Shown: positions 7,544 to 16,472 of the stretch, in pieces
How the letters are laid out: every line of letters starts with the position of its first letter
Position numbering within the stretch: position 1 is the stretch's first letter
DNA from: a virus
Lineage: Duplodnaviria > Caudoviricetes
Strand: one strand, 5' to 3'
IMG/VR virus record: IMGVR_UViG_3300033067_001247
Coordinates: 1 to 40,236 of that record
Length of the DNA: 40,236 bases
The notes under the pieces: generated by a model
The model's input: only the letters and a program-made list of their open reading frames with translations
Told to the model about the DNA's origin: nothing
Databases searched by the model: none
Position numbers and translations under genes: made by a program

Positions 7544-7837
7544 CTATGGAAGGCGCTGCTGGTTCCCGCAACTCGTGCATTTGAATGGCTTTCCGCGCTG
7601 ATTGTCGCGCAGGAACACGCGACCGCCGTGACCGCATTTGGTGCACTTCACGTTGATCCTGGTCGGCATTCGCCGAATTCTCGCAGAAGCGCAGGCTTTA
7701 TCGGCCATTTCACGCAGTTCCGCCTTAGACGGGCCGGTTGCGAATTCCCCGTTCAGCATGGCTGCCAGCGCGTAGCCGTCGGCCGCGGCGCTATTTGCGC
7801 GATCTCGGTTTCGCTGTTTCTCGAAGTTTCGAGACAT
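7544..7837 (-). CDS. Zinc-ribbon protein
   Basis: CTKCGH...CTSCG. Confidence 0.65.
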   Translation of the reverse strand: MSRNFEKQRNRDRANSAAADGYALAAMLNGEFATGPSKAELREMADKACASARIRRMPTRINVKCTKCGHGGRVFLRDNQRGKPFKCTSCGNQQRLP

Positions 7838-8027
7838 TGCGCAGTGCCCTTGTCCAGTGCTTCGTCAGCACGCCTTGCCTGATCCTTGCCGTATCGACGC
7901 CTGAGCGGCGTACCCAGTAGTGCGCCAACTGCTTCGAGACCCCGGCGAGCAGCCGCGCCTCGTGCTCGGTGCAGAGCCCGCGTTGCAGCATCCAGATCAC
8001 CGCAGCCCGTGCATCGCCGTCTTTCAT
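7791..8027 (-). CDS. Small HTH protein
   Basis: CTEHEARLLAGVSKQLAHYW HTH-like; ATG 6 nt after a -10 element. Confidence 0.65.
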   Translation of the reverse strand: MKDGDARAAVIWMLQRGLCTEHEARLLAGVSKQLAHYWVRRSGVDTARIRQGVLTKHWTRALRNVSKLRETAKPRSRK

Positions 8028-8033
8028 TTGACC

Positions 8034-8069
8034 AGGGTAAAACGGCTTTCTTCACTTTCTCAACGCACC
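8034..8069 (-). promoter_or_regulatory. GGTGCGTTG-type promoter, leftward
   Basis: CAACGCACC at 8061-8069; TTGAGA-18-TACCCT. Confidence 0.7.
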
Positions 8070-8119
8070 GGCGATCCGTCCACAACACGAAACACCAGCA
8101 AAATCAGCAATAACCAAGC

Positions 8120-8155
8120 GGTGCGTTGATGCCCCAGGCCAATCCGGACCATCTT
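8120..8155 (+). promoter_or_regulatory. GGTGCGTTG-type late promoter (terminase operon)
   Basis: Motif at 8120-8128; TTGATG-18-CATCTT. Confidence 0.7.
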
Positions 8156-8272
8156 CCTCGCGCGTCCCGCATCGCGTGCGCGTTCCTTTCTTCAAGGGAG
8201 CGACCAGCGACCGCAGAAGTAGGTGAACGAGCGATAGCGAGTGAAGCAGCGCTCCATGACACGGAAAGCTCG

Positions 8273-8776
8273 ATGTCCACCGCAGTTGCAGTCACACCCG
8301 ATCAGACGCCAGCAAAGACCGATAAGCCGAAACCTGCGCGTATCCGTGGCAAGCTGAAGCTCGCTCTCGACCTCATGGTATACGGAAAAGACGGCAAACG
8401 CTTCGATCACGTCACCGCACCGCGGGAAGTCGGTTTCACTGGCAGCGCAATGCGTAAGGCCCTCGAACGAGCCGACGTCCAGCGATACCTCAGCGAACAG
8501 AAGCAGGTGTTTCGCAAAAGCCTGAGCGCCGGAAATATTCACGTGCTCGGCGAGATCAGAGACGACAGCGGCAACGCGATGGCTCGCCTCGGAGCGGTGA
8601 AGCTGCTCGAGCAGATGGATCAGCAGGCACCATCGCAATCGGCGGCCGCTCGCAACGTCACGCCTGGCGTTGTCGTCGTCATCAACGCCAATCGAGAAGC
8701 GCCGCTGATAGACCATCAGAGGGTTATCGAGATTAACCCGTTGCAATCAAACGAGGATGTTGGACATGAGACGTGA
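8273..8776 (+). CDS. terS: Terminase small subunit (putative)
   Basis: Position upstream of terL; HTH-like N-terminus and ARLGAVKLL...PGVVVVIN tail. Start uncertain. Confidence 0.6.
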   Translation: MSTAVAVTPDQTPAKTDKPKPARIRGKLKLALDLMVYGKDGKRFDHVTAPREVGFTGSAMRKALERADVQRYLSEQKQVFRKSLSAGNIHVLGEIRDDSGNAMARLGAVKLLEQMDQQAPSQSAAARNVTPGVVVVINANREAPLIDHQRVIEINPLQSNEDVGHET

Positions 8777-9055
8777 CCAACGCGCTCCGACCGCTGACTT
8801 CGGCTCCGCGCTGCATGCGATTGCGAGCGGTGCAGGCCGGGCGACACGATGCCTGGCTGCGATGCGCGGGGTCAGCGCCGGCACGAAGCGGTCGAGGGGG
8901 GTCGCGATCTCACAGCGCGCGTGCATAGCGGGAGGGGGGGTTGGAAAAGCCGTCGCCGAATCCAGTGCTGGAGGTTCGCTCTCGCGATTATCCCTCGGAT
9001 CGTTCCGGGGTCAGCGAATTTTTTCTGATGCTGGAAAACTTCGGGTGAGGCTGTT

Positions 9056-9214
9056 GTGACCGTCATCCGCTTTCCGACCTGGCTGGTCGAGCGCCGCGGT
9101 GAGGTCGTGCAGGGACCTTCCGCGAAGGTAATCGTGCTGCCGGTCATTCGGGTTGAGCGGGCGAAGGCGGAAGAACCGAAGCGCCCGCGCCGGCAGCGGA
9201 GGGTGAAACGGTGA
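9056..9214 (+). CDS. Small basic hypothetical protein (52 aa)
   Basis: GAGG RBS, GTG start, GTGA overlap with the next gene. Confidence 0.5.
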   Translation: MTVIRFPTWLVERRGEVVQGPSAKVIVLPVIRVERAKAEEPKRPRRQRRVKR

Positions 9215-9438
9215 GCAAGGGCAATGTGGTCGAGTTCACCGGCATCACGAAATTGGACCTGCTGCCAGAACGCGTTCTGGCGAAGGCTTCCGAACAGGAA
9301 TTCGAGGGCGTCATCGTTATAGGCTGGAAAAAGGATGGAGACCGCTACTTCGCGTCGTCCTACGCCAGCGGTCCCGAAGTTCTGTGGCTGCTCGAACTTT
9401 CGAAAAAAAACCTGCTCGAAATCGGGGACGGTGAATGA
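9211..9438 (+). CDS. Hypothetical protein
   Basis: NVVEF...VIVIGW...EVLWLLE; overlaps both neighbours by 4 bp. Confidence 0.7.
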   Translation: MSKGNVVEFTGITKLDLLPERVLAKASEQEFEGVIVIGWKKDGDRYFASSYASGPEVLWLLELSKKNLLEIGDGE

Positions 9439-11015
9439 AACTCCGCTCGCCGCTCGAGAAGTCGTTTGCCGAAGTCGCGCCGCCGGCGCTGCCGGAACTG
9501 CAGTTCGACGAGCACGGCCGGAAAATCTATGCGCCTGACGGGGCGATCCTTTGCGAGTTCCTGCAGGACCGCGCGCATGTCAGCGGCATCCGCGGCCCGA
9601 TCGGTTCGGGCAAGACGCTCGCGGCCTTCAACAAGGTCTGGCAGATCGCGTGCGAGCAGAGGAAGTCTCCCCAGGACGGCTTGCGGAAAACCCGCTGGGG
9701 TGTGGTCCGAAACACCTATCCCGATCTTGAGGGCACGACGCTGAAGGACTGGCTCGAATGGTTCCCCGAGGGCCAGTACGGGCGGCTGAAGCGGACACGG
9801 CCTTTCGAGTATGTGATGGAACTCGGCGACGTCCGCTGCGAGATCATCTTCCTCGCGTTGGACAGCGAGGACGACATCAAGAAGCTGCGTTCCGGCCAGT
9901 TCACCGGGTTCTACTTCAACGAGCTGCAGTACATTCCGAAGGCGATCTTCGACGAAGCGGAAAGCCGCACCGGCCGCTATCCGTCGCCGGCGGACGGCTT
10001 CGCGACGTGGCACGGCGTCATCTTCGACATGAACGAGCCGTCGGAGGACTTCTGGCTCGTGCAGATGACCGGCGAGGTTCCGTTTCCCGAGAACATGCCG
10101 CTCGAAGAACGCGCACGCCTGCAGTGGCCGCGGGACTGGAAATACTACGTCCAGCCGCCGGCGCTGGTCGAAGTCTTTCATTCCGATGGCGTCACGCTGC
10201 GCGGCTATCTGATGAACCCGCTGGCCGAGAACACGCGCTGGCTGAAGCCGGGCTATTACGCCGAAAAGGTGCGCGGCAAGGACAAGGCGTGGGTGGATTC
10301 GCGGCTGCTGAACAAGATTTCGGTCTGGGTCGATGGCAAGCCGGTCTTCCCGATGTTCAACCCGCAGGTGCATGTCGCGAAGGAAGAACTGCGCGCGGTG
10401 CCGGGGTATCCGATCTGCGTAGGGCTCGATTTCGGGCGCAACCCGGCGGCGATCTTCGGGCAACTGATCGGGAACCGCTGGTACATCCTCGGCGAGTTGC
10501 TGGGCTTCGATGTCGATAGCTCGACATTTGCGCCGGAAGTGAAGCGCTATCTCGATCAGCGCTGGCCGGGCTTCGAAGTCCGCTTCCACGGCGATCCGAA
10601 GGGGCAGGACAAGGGGCAGCAATCGACGCGCACGAGCTACGACATCTTCGACACTTTCGGCATGCGCGTTGTCGCGGCGCCGTGCAACGACAACGATTAT
10701 CAGATTCGCCTCGGCGCCGTGATCCGACCGCTGAACTCGATGCACGACGGCGCGCCGCGCGTCATCCTGTGCCCGGTAAACTGCCGCACGCTGAAGGTCG
10801 CGCTGTCGGGCAAGTACCACTATCCCCGCATCAAAGGCACCGGCGGCTATCACGACAAGCCGGCGAAGGACAAATATTCGAACCCGGCCGACGCCTTCCA
10901 GTATTTGTTGCTCGGCGAAGGCGAAGGCGACCGGCTTGTCGGTCGGCCGGAGCGCGGAAAGGCGCAACCGGTCCAAACCCGCACCGGGCGGCGCTCGCTG
11001 CGGCGCGTCGCATGA
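9435..11015 (+). CDS. terL: Terminase large subunit
   Basis: Walker A GPIGSGKT, Walker B FYFNE, nuclease motifs VGLDFG and PADA. Confidence 0.92.
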   Translation: MKLRSPLEKSFAEVAPPALPELQFDEHGRKIYAPDGAILCEFLQDRAHVSGIRGPIGSGKTLAAFNKVWQIACEQRKSPQDGLRKTRWGVVRNTYPDLEGTTLKDWLEWFPEGQYGRLKRTRPFEYVMELGDVRCEIIFLALDSEDDIKKLRSGQFTGFYFNELQYIPKAIFDEAESRTGRYPSPADGFATWHGVIFDMNEPSEDFWLVQMTGEVPFPENMPLEERARLQWPRDWKYYVQPPALVEVFHSDGVTLRGYLMNPLAENTRWLKPGYYAEKVRGKDKAWVDSRLLNKISVWVDGKPVFPMFNPQVHVAKEELRAVPGYPICVGLDFGRNPAAIFGQLIGNRWYILGELLGFDVDSSTFAPEVKRYLDQRWPGFEVRFHGDPKGQDKGQQSTRTSYDIFDTFGMRVVAAPCNDNDYQIRLGAVIRPLNSMHDGAPRVILCPVNCRTLKVALSGKYHYPRIKGTGGYHDKPAKDKYSNPADAFQYLLLGEGEGDRLVGRPERGKAQPVQTRTGRRSLRRVA

Positions 11016-11476
11016 ACAGCGTACCGATCTGGTCGCCGCAGCGCTGGTTGCTGATCTTCGAGACGAAATGCGACTGGCGTTTCGCGCGTCTCATCCCGGG
11101 CCGCTTCAAGCATGTCTTCACCGTGGGCTACTGCGCCGACATCGATACCTGGATGGTCTATTCGGTCGAGCGCGACGGCACCAAGATCGGGGCGTGGCGG
11201 CCTGGTGACGACTTCGAGCGGTGGCTTTCCGGCGTCGTGCCGCATGCCGGGGTGCTCAGGGTCGAGGCTGCCGGCACCGCGACGCGGATGCCGTGGTTCA
11301 CGTTCTGGTGCGTGCCGGCGGTGAAACACCTGCTGGGCCTGCGCTCGGGTGCGTTGTGGCCGGATCAGTTGTGGCGGTACTGCTTGGCGAACGGAGCGGA
11401 GATCGTCGTCGATGCAGATGCGGCAGCCCAACATTCAGGAGACCGACGCCGAGAAGGCGGCGAAGCTGGCTGCTGA
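11012..11476 (+). CDS. Hypothetical protein, possible permuted papain-like peptidase
   Basis: FKHV (His) precedes FWCVPAVKHLLG...WPDQLW (Cys). Confidence 0.6.
   Translation: MNSVPIWSPQRWLLIFETKCDWRFARLIPGRFKHVFTVGYCADIDTWMVYSVERDGTKIGAWRPGDDFERWLSGVVPHAGVLRVEAAGTATRMPWFTFWCVPAVKHLLGLRSGALWPDQLWRYCLANGAEIVVDADAAAQHSGDRRREGGEAGC
11348..11385 (+). promoter_or_regulatory. GGTGCGTTG-type late promoter (portal), embedded in a CDS
   Basis: Motif at 11348-11356; -10 element weak. Confidence 0.55.
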
Positions 11477-11582
11477 AGAACAGGCGATCGAGAAGGCCCA
11501 GACCCGCGCCGGCCGCGAAACCAACCGCCTGTTTCAACTCTATGGCGGCTCGCGCTCGTTCTTCGGCACCCGCGCGGGGTAA
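11412..11582 (+). CDS. Small pre-portal virion assembly protein
   Basis: Position immediately before the portal; Ala/Glu/Lys-rich helix. Confidence 0.55.
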   Translation: MQMRQPNIQETDAEKAAKLAAEEQAIEKAQTRAGRETNRLFQLYGGSRSFFGTRAG

Positions 11583-11585
11583 GCC

Positions 11586-13148
11586 GTGGCCGATCTGAAA
11601 GCGCAAGCAAACGAACGCCTCGCGGAATGCCGCGAGGAAAAGTCGACGATCTCGGCTGAGATCGAGGAAGCCTATTTCTTTTCGGCGCCGCGCCGGGTGC
11701 GGACATCGACGTCGCGCTCGCAGAGCAAATCGAAGCCGAAGGATGACGCCGAACTGATGACGTCATTCGCCGGGGAGGTTGCCGACGACTTCGCCGAAAT
11801 GCTGATGTCGTCGTTTACGCCACCAGAGGCCGATTGGGCCGAACGCAAGATCATGGGGCTCGATGACGCGCAGGCCGCGCAGTTCAACGAGCAGGCCAAG
11901 AAGCAGGACAAGAAAATCTTCGGCATGATCCGCGCGTCGAACTATTACGCGGAGAAGGGCAAACTTGCCGTGCCCGATGCCGCGATCGGTGTCGTCGCGC
12001 TCATGATCGACAGCATGGGCAACGACCGGCCCGTGAACTGCCGCGGCATCCCAATCCGCGAACTTGAATTCAATCTCGGCCCGGATGGCCGCATCGATGA
12101 TCGCTGGGAATGCCGCCAGACCCGTTACCGCTATCTGCCGGCACTACTGCCTGATGTGGACTTTGCGAAGTTTCCGAAGCTCGCGAAGAAAATCCGCGAC
12201 GAAGGCAAGAAAGCCGTCATGGTGCAGTGGGGCTTCTGGCGGAAGTGGGATCGCCGCGACGACGAAGTCTGGCAACATGTCGTGCTTGTCGGCGACGAAC
12301 TCGTCTTCGAGGGCGAACTCGTCGGACAGGGCTCGTGCCCCATGGTCGTCGGCCGTTTCGGTGCGACCCCGGATTTCGCGTGGCCCGATGGCCCGATGCT
12401 GAAAGTCCTGCCGGAGCTGCGCCAGCTCGATTATGGCCGTGAGGCAATTGTCGAGAACATCGACTTCCGCAACCGGCCACCGCGCGCATACGAGGACGAT
12501 GGCGTCATCAACCTCGAGGGTGGCGTCGAGCCGGGAATGTTCTATCCGAAGCGCGCCGCGCAGGGCCGCACGATCTTCGAGAACATCTTCGATCCCGGCG
12601 AAATCGATGTCGCCATGCTGGACGAGGCCAATCTGAAGGACCGCATCCGCCGGATGCACTACGTCGATTATCCGGAACAGAAGGGCAAGACGCCGCCGTC
12701 GGCATCGCAATGGCTGGACGAAATGGTGCTGAAGCAGCGCCGCATCGGGACGCCGGGGCACTCGTTCTGGCGCGAAGAACCCTTCGAGACCTTCCAGCGC
12801 TTCCGCTTCATTGCTGAGCAGCGCGGCACGATCCAGAAGATCAAGGTGCCAGGCGGCGCATCGCTGCAGCCGTACAACCCGGCGCAGCGCGCATTCGAAA
12901 ATCAGGAAGTGCTCACCGGCACGCGCTTCGCGCAAATCGGGGCGTCGATCTTCCCGCAGACTTGGCAGGTTGCGGTGGATGAACTGCAGACGCTGGCGAA
13001 CTTCAAGCAGAAACTCGGCGACGAAATCGTCGTTCTACGCAGCAAGGAAGACATCGCGGAGAAGACGGAGCAGCTGGCTTCGCTCGCGGGTGTCTTCGGG
13101 CCGCGCCTGCCGGGCGGCGCACAGGGGCAAGGCGATGGCTCTCAATAA
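11586..13148 (+). CDS. Portal (head-tail connector)
   Basis: 520 aa, PMVVGRF...GP...LP motif, position after terL. Confidence 0.85.
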   Translation: MADLKAQANERLAECREEKSTISAEIEEAYFFSAPRRVRTSTSRSQSKSKPKDDAELMTSFAGEVADDFAEMLMSSFTPPEADWAERKIMGLDDAQAAQFNEQAKKQDKKIFGMIRASNYYAEKGKLAVPDAAIGVVALMIDSMGNDRPVNCRGIPIRELEFNLGPDGRIDDRWECRQTRYRYLPALLPDVDFAKFPKLAKKIRDEGKKAVMVQWGFWRKWDRRDDEVWQHVVLVGDELVFEGELVGQGSCPMVVGRFGATPDFAWPDGPMLKVLPELRQLDYGREAIVENIDFRNRPPRAYEDDGVINLEGGVEPGMFYPKRAAQGRTIFENIFDPGEIDVAMLDEANLKDRIRRMHYVDYPEQKGKTPPSASQWLDEMVLKQRRIGTPGHSFWREEPFETFQRFRFIAEQRGTIQKIKVPGGASLQPYNPAQRAFENQEVLTGTRFAQIGASIFPQTWQVAVDELQTLANFKQKLGDEIVVLRSKEDIAEKTEQLASLAGVFGPRLPGGAQGQGDGSQ

Positions 13149-13461
13149 GGAAGACATCGAAAACGCGCTGGAACGCATCGGCCGGACCAAGGACGGCGCG
13201 GTGCTGATCGCGTTCCTCGATCTCGTGATTTCGCGCGTGCAGGGACGCGGCACCGAAGTCGGTGCGTTGCAGGAGTTCAATGGCGAACGCAATTTGGCGC
13301 ACGACCTCAAACGCCAACTTGTAGGCACCAATGCTCGTCCGAGACCAGAACCAGCAGCAGACGTCGGCGAACGACGGCAACCAGTCGCAGCAGGACGACG
13401 CAGTCCGCGCGGGGGACGCCGCCGCGTCGAGCTCATCGACCCGCCCGGAGGGACTCGCTGA
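13135..13461 (+). CDS. Small post-portal protein (Bbp19-like)
   Basis: TKDGAVLIAFL...NGERNL motif; position after the portal. Confidence 0.65.
   Translation: MALNKEDIENALERIGRTKDGAVLIAFLDLVISRVQGRGTEVGALQEFNGERNLAHDLKRQLVGTNARPRPEPAADVGERRQPVAAGRRSPRGGRRRVELIDPPGGTR
13261..13295 (+). promoter_or_regulatory. GGTGCGTTG-type late promoter (scaffold/capsid), embedded in a CDS
   Basis: TTGCAG-17-CAATTT. Confidence 0.7.
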
Positions 13462-14098
13462 CCAGTATTGGGACGGCGAGAAGAACGAGACGAAGCTGGC
13501 CGATCTGATCCGCGATCACGGCGAACTGGCAAAATTCAAAACCGAACAGGACGAAGCGGCAGGCAAGCTGCCGAAGGCGGAAACCGATTACACCGCCCCT
13601 GAAGCGCTGTTCGATGCTGAAGCGTTGAAGTCACTGCCGGAAGGTGCGGGCGATCTCGTCATCGATACCGAGAACCCGGCATTCGTCGCAGCGCGCAAGT
13701 TCGCTCTCGACAACAAACTGTCGAACGAACAGTTCCAAGGCTTGCTGAAGCAGCACGCGCTCGGGGTCATTCAGGCCACCGAAGGCATGCGTGCGCAGAT
13801 CAAGGCGGAAGTCGCGGCGTCCATCAAGGCGCTCGGCGCCAATGGTCCGTCCCGCGAGAAGGCCGTCATCGACGCGCTGAAAGCGCAGTTCGGCGAGAAG
13901 GCGCCCGGCATGGGCGAACTCGACGGCGACTATATCCAGATTTTCGAGAAGCTGATCGAGGGCGCGCAGAAATCGAACGTCGTCACGTTCGATAACAAGC
14001 GCGACCGCCAGAGCGAAGCGATCTCGGACGAGGACTACGAGAAGATGACGCCGCGTGAGCGGCTGGAATTTGCGCGCTCCGCGAAGGCGGGCGGTTAA
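13331..14098 (+). CDS. Capsid scaffolding protein
   Basis: RPEGLADQYWD...P...Y motif, acidic and helical, YEKMTPRER tail; directly before the capsid gene. Confidence 0.75.
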   Translation: MLVRDQNQQQTSANDGNQSQQDDAVRAGDAAASSSSTRPEGLADQYWDGEKNETKLADLIRDHGELAKFKTEQDEAAGKLPKAETDYTAPEALFDAEALKSLPEGAGDLVIDTENPAFVAARKFALDNKLSNEQFQGLLKQHALGVIQATEGMRAQIKAEVAASIKALGANGPSREKAVIDALKAQFGEKAPGMGELDGDYIQIFEKLIEGAQKSNVVTFDNKRDRQSEAISDEDYEKMTPRERLEFARSAKAGG

Positions 14099-14112
14099 GA
14101 GGGGACTAAGCC

Positions 14113-15054
14113 ATGCCTGTTATGACGCTGCCCGAATACGCGAAGACGAAGGACAAGACCGACGTATCGCGTCCGATCATCGAAATGTTTGCGGCTTCCG
14201 CGGATATTTATCAGGCCTTGCCATTCGAGACCATCGGCGGTCCCGTTTACGAAGGCTATCGTCAGGCGCAACTTCCGAGCGTGGCTTTCCGCGCAATCAA
14301 CGCAGATTCCACGAACGGCAACGGCAAGGTTGAGCAGTTCCAAGAACCGACGTTCGTGCTCGATCACGACATCGACATCGACGAAGCGATCATCCGTCGC
14401 AACGGGGAGCAGCGTCGCTCGCAAGAAGAAGCGATGTCGATGGCCGCCGTCGGCAAGCTCTGGCTGGACACCTTCATTTCCGGTGACAACTCGACGGACC
14501 CGACGGAGTTCGACGGTGTTCAGAAGCGATGCGAGAAGTATTCCCGCAAACTCGCTGCCGGCAACACCGCTGGCGGTGATGCGCTCAGCCTCGCCAAGCT
14601 CGACGAACTGCTCAACATGGTGAACGGCTGCAATGCTCTTCTCATGTCTCGGAACATGCTCCCGCGCGTGATCGCGGCGGCTCGCGATACCTCGATCTCT
14701 GGCTTCGTGATCCAGACCTGGGATCAGGTAGGCGGTCCGAAAATGACTTACGCCGGGAAGCCGATTTTCTTCGGTTACGAGAAGGACGATCACGGCGTCA
14801 TCCTCCCGTATTCCGAAGCGAACCCCAACGGCGGCTCCGCAGTCGGCACATCGATTTATGCGCTGGCGCTCGGCGACGGCAAACTCCGCGGCATCATGCT
14901 GAAGGATCTTGCTGCCGAGGATGTCGGCCTCGTGAAGACCGGCTCCAAGCCGTTCCGCCGCACGCATGTGTCGTGGGACGTCGGCATGGTCGATGAACAC
15001 AAGTACTGCATGGCGCGCCTCTGGGGCATCAAGGACGCGGCGATTGTGAAGTAA
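14113..15054 (+). CDS. Major capsid protein
   Basis: 313 aa; LPSVAFRAIN, GD...EFDG, TSIY motifs; strong RBS. Confidence 0.88.
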   Translation: MPVMTLPEYAKTKDKTDVSRPIIEMFAASADIYQALPFETIGGPVYEGYRQAQLPSVAFRAINADSTNGNGKVEQFQEPTFVLDHDIDIDEAIIRRNGEQRRSQEEAMSMAAVGKLWLDTFISGDNSTDPTEFDGVQKRCEKYSRKLAAGNTAGGDALSLAKLDELLNMVNGCNALLMSRNMLPRVIAAARDTSISGFVIQTWDQVGGPKMTYAGKPIFFGYEKDDHGVILPYSEANPNGGSAVGTSIYALALGDGKLRGIMLKDLAAEDVGLVKTGSKPFRRTHVSWDVGMVDEHKYCMARLWGIKDAAIVK

Positions 15055-15121
15055 CGCGGCAGGGCGGCAGGGTTCTCCTGCCGCTCCGCTAGCCTACAAA
15101 GGTCAGGATTAGGAGAGCGCT

Positions 15122-15562
15122 ATGGGCACTCGTGTTTACAATTACGACAAGGAAATGCTGCTCAAGGATGCTGGCCTCGTTGCCGCGTCCGCAGCGGCAA
15201 CCGTCGCTTCGGCTGCCAAGGTGATCAATGTCGGCAATGCCCGCTTTGAGGCTGTTGCGATCATCGACGTGACTGCGGTTGAGATCGAGTCGAACAACGA
15301 GGAATACGACATCCTCATTCAAGGCTCGTCGGTCGAGAACTTCGGCTCGAATATCCAGACGCTCGCGCAGTTGAACCTCGGCGCGACCGAAGTTCGCCAA
15401 GGCGGCGCCATCGACAGTGTGGCCGGTCGCTACGAATTGCCGTTCATCAATCAGCAGGCCGATGTCACTTATCCGTACATCCGTGTCTATATCGTCGTCG
15501 CCGGCACGGTCGCGACCGGCATCAATTTCACGGCATGGGCGGCTCCGTTCCCCGGCAAGTAA
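15122..15562 (+). CDS. Capsid cement/decoration protein (Bbp16-like)
   Basis: Beta-rich, YIRVYIVVAGT; follows the capsid gene. Confidence 0.65.
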   Translation: MGTRVYNYDKEMLLKDAGLVAASAAATVASAAKVINVGNARFEAVAIIDVTAVEIESNNEEYDILIQGSSVENFGSNIQTLAQLNLGATEVRQGGAIDSVAGRYELPFINQQADVTYPYIRVYIVVAGTVATGINFTAWAAPFPGK

Positions 15563-15610
15563 GCCGGCTAGCGTAGGCGTTTTCCGGCAGGGCATTCAGG
15601 AGCAAGAACG

Positions 15611-15790
15611 ATGCAGATCGTCGAGATTTGGGACACCGAGGCGGAAGCATATATTCAGCGTAAGGCGGTTGACGCGCGCGAAATCCTCGCGAGTGATCCG
15701 GATCGTTATCTGCGCGAGCAACCCGAGGCCAAGGCCGAGAAAGCCACCGAGAAGCCCGCGGATAAGTCGAAGGCCAAGGCCGATAAGTAA
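15611..15790 (+). CDS. Small hypothetical protein (59 aa)
   Basis: CAGGAG RBS; MQIVEIWD...VDAREIL... Confidence 0.6.
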   Translation: MQIVEIWDTEAEAYIQRKAVDAREILASDPDRYLREQPEAKAEKATEKPADKSKAKADK

Positions 15791-15805
15791 TCCGCCGACC
15801 TGGCA

Positions 15806-15840
15806 GGTGCGTTGCGGCGGTGTCGAGCAATCGGCACCGT
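15806..15840 (+). promoter_or_regulatory. GGTGCGTTG-type late promoter (tail tube)
   Basis: TTGCGG-17-CACCGT, intergenic. Confidence 0.72.
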
Positions 15841-15863
15841 CGTTTTGCATTTAGGGGGCGCCT

Positions 15864-16472
15864 GTGCCTGATCGTCTCTCCATCATCAACGATGCCCTGT
15901 CGAACACCGGCAACAATCTCGTGCAGGTCGAGTTCGAGGACAGCGACGAATGGGATGTGGCCAAGCGCGCCTATGACCGCTTCCTGCCGCAACTGATCGA
16001 GGCGCATCCATGGCCATTCGCCACGATCACGGAACCGATCACGAAGCTGCCGGACTCCGATAATCCATCCGAGCGCTATGCCCACGCCTACACGATCCCG
16101 GCGAATGCGCTCTGGCTGCAGGCAGCGTTTAAGAACGGCCGCACCATCGATTACGAGATCATCGACGACAAGCTCTGCACCGATGCTGACAACGCTTCGG
16201 CGTCGATCACGGCGAAATACGTCCGCGTGCCGGGTACCGACGCGATGTCGAACCTGTTTTTCGAAGCGCTGCGCAAGCTAGTCGAAAGCGGGTGTCTCCG
16301 CGGATTGAACGAAGAAAACAGCGAGGCGACCCGGCGCGAGCAGGAAGGCTGGCAGATGCTGCGGCTTGCGGCCTCTCGCGCGGACCAGCAGTCGCCGCGC
16401 CGCGGCTTCCTCGTTTCGCATGCCGTTGCTGCCCGTCGAGGCGGTCGCTACCGGAGCCGCGGGGGCCAGTAA
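15864..16472 (+). CDS. Tail tubular protein A/adaptor
   Basis: IINDAL..G, HPWPFA, Y.IP motifs. Confidence 0.8.
   Translation: MPDRLSIINDALSNTGNNLVQVEFEDSDEWDVAKRAYDRFLPQLIEAHPWPFATITEPITKLPDSDNPSERYAHAYTIPANALWLQAAFKNGRTIDYEIIDDKLCTDADNASASITAKYVRVPGTDAMSNLFFEALRKLVESGCLRGLNEENSEATRREQEGWQMLRLAASRADQQSPRRGFLVSHAVAARRGGRYRSRGGQ

Noticed and set aside
9400-9437. A-AAA-AAC slippery site that might fuse 9211..9438 to terL by -1 frameshift
   Set aside because: The -1 frame hits TGA at 9432-9434, just before the terL ATG.
9360-10976. Long antisense ORFs (538 aa here; also 19176..20558, 25829..27163 and others)
   Set aside because: Mirror frames of GC-rich genes, with no motifs or RBS.
15056-15089. 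Terminator after the capsid gene
   Set aside because: A GC-rich hairpin is present but has no U-tract; at most a pause or stability element.
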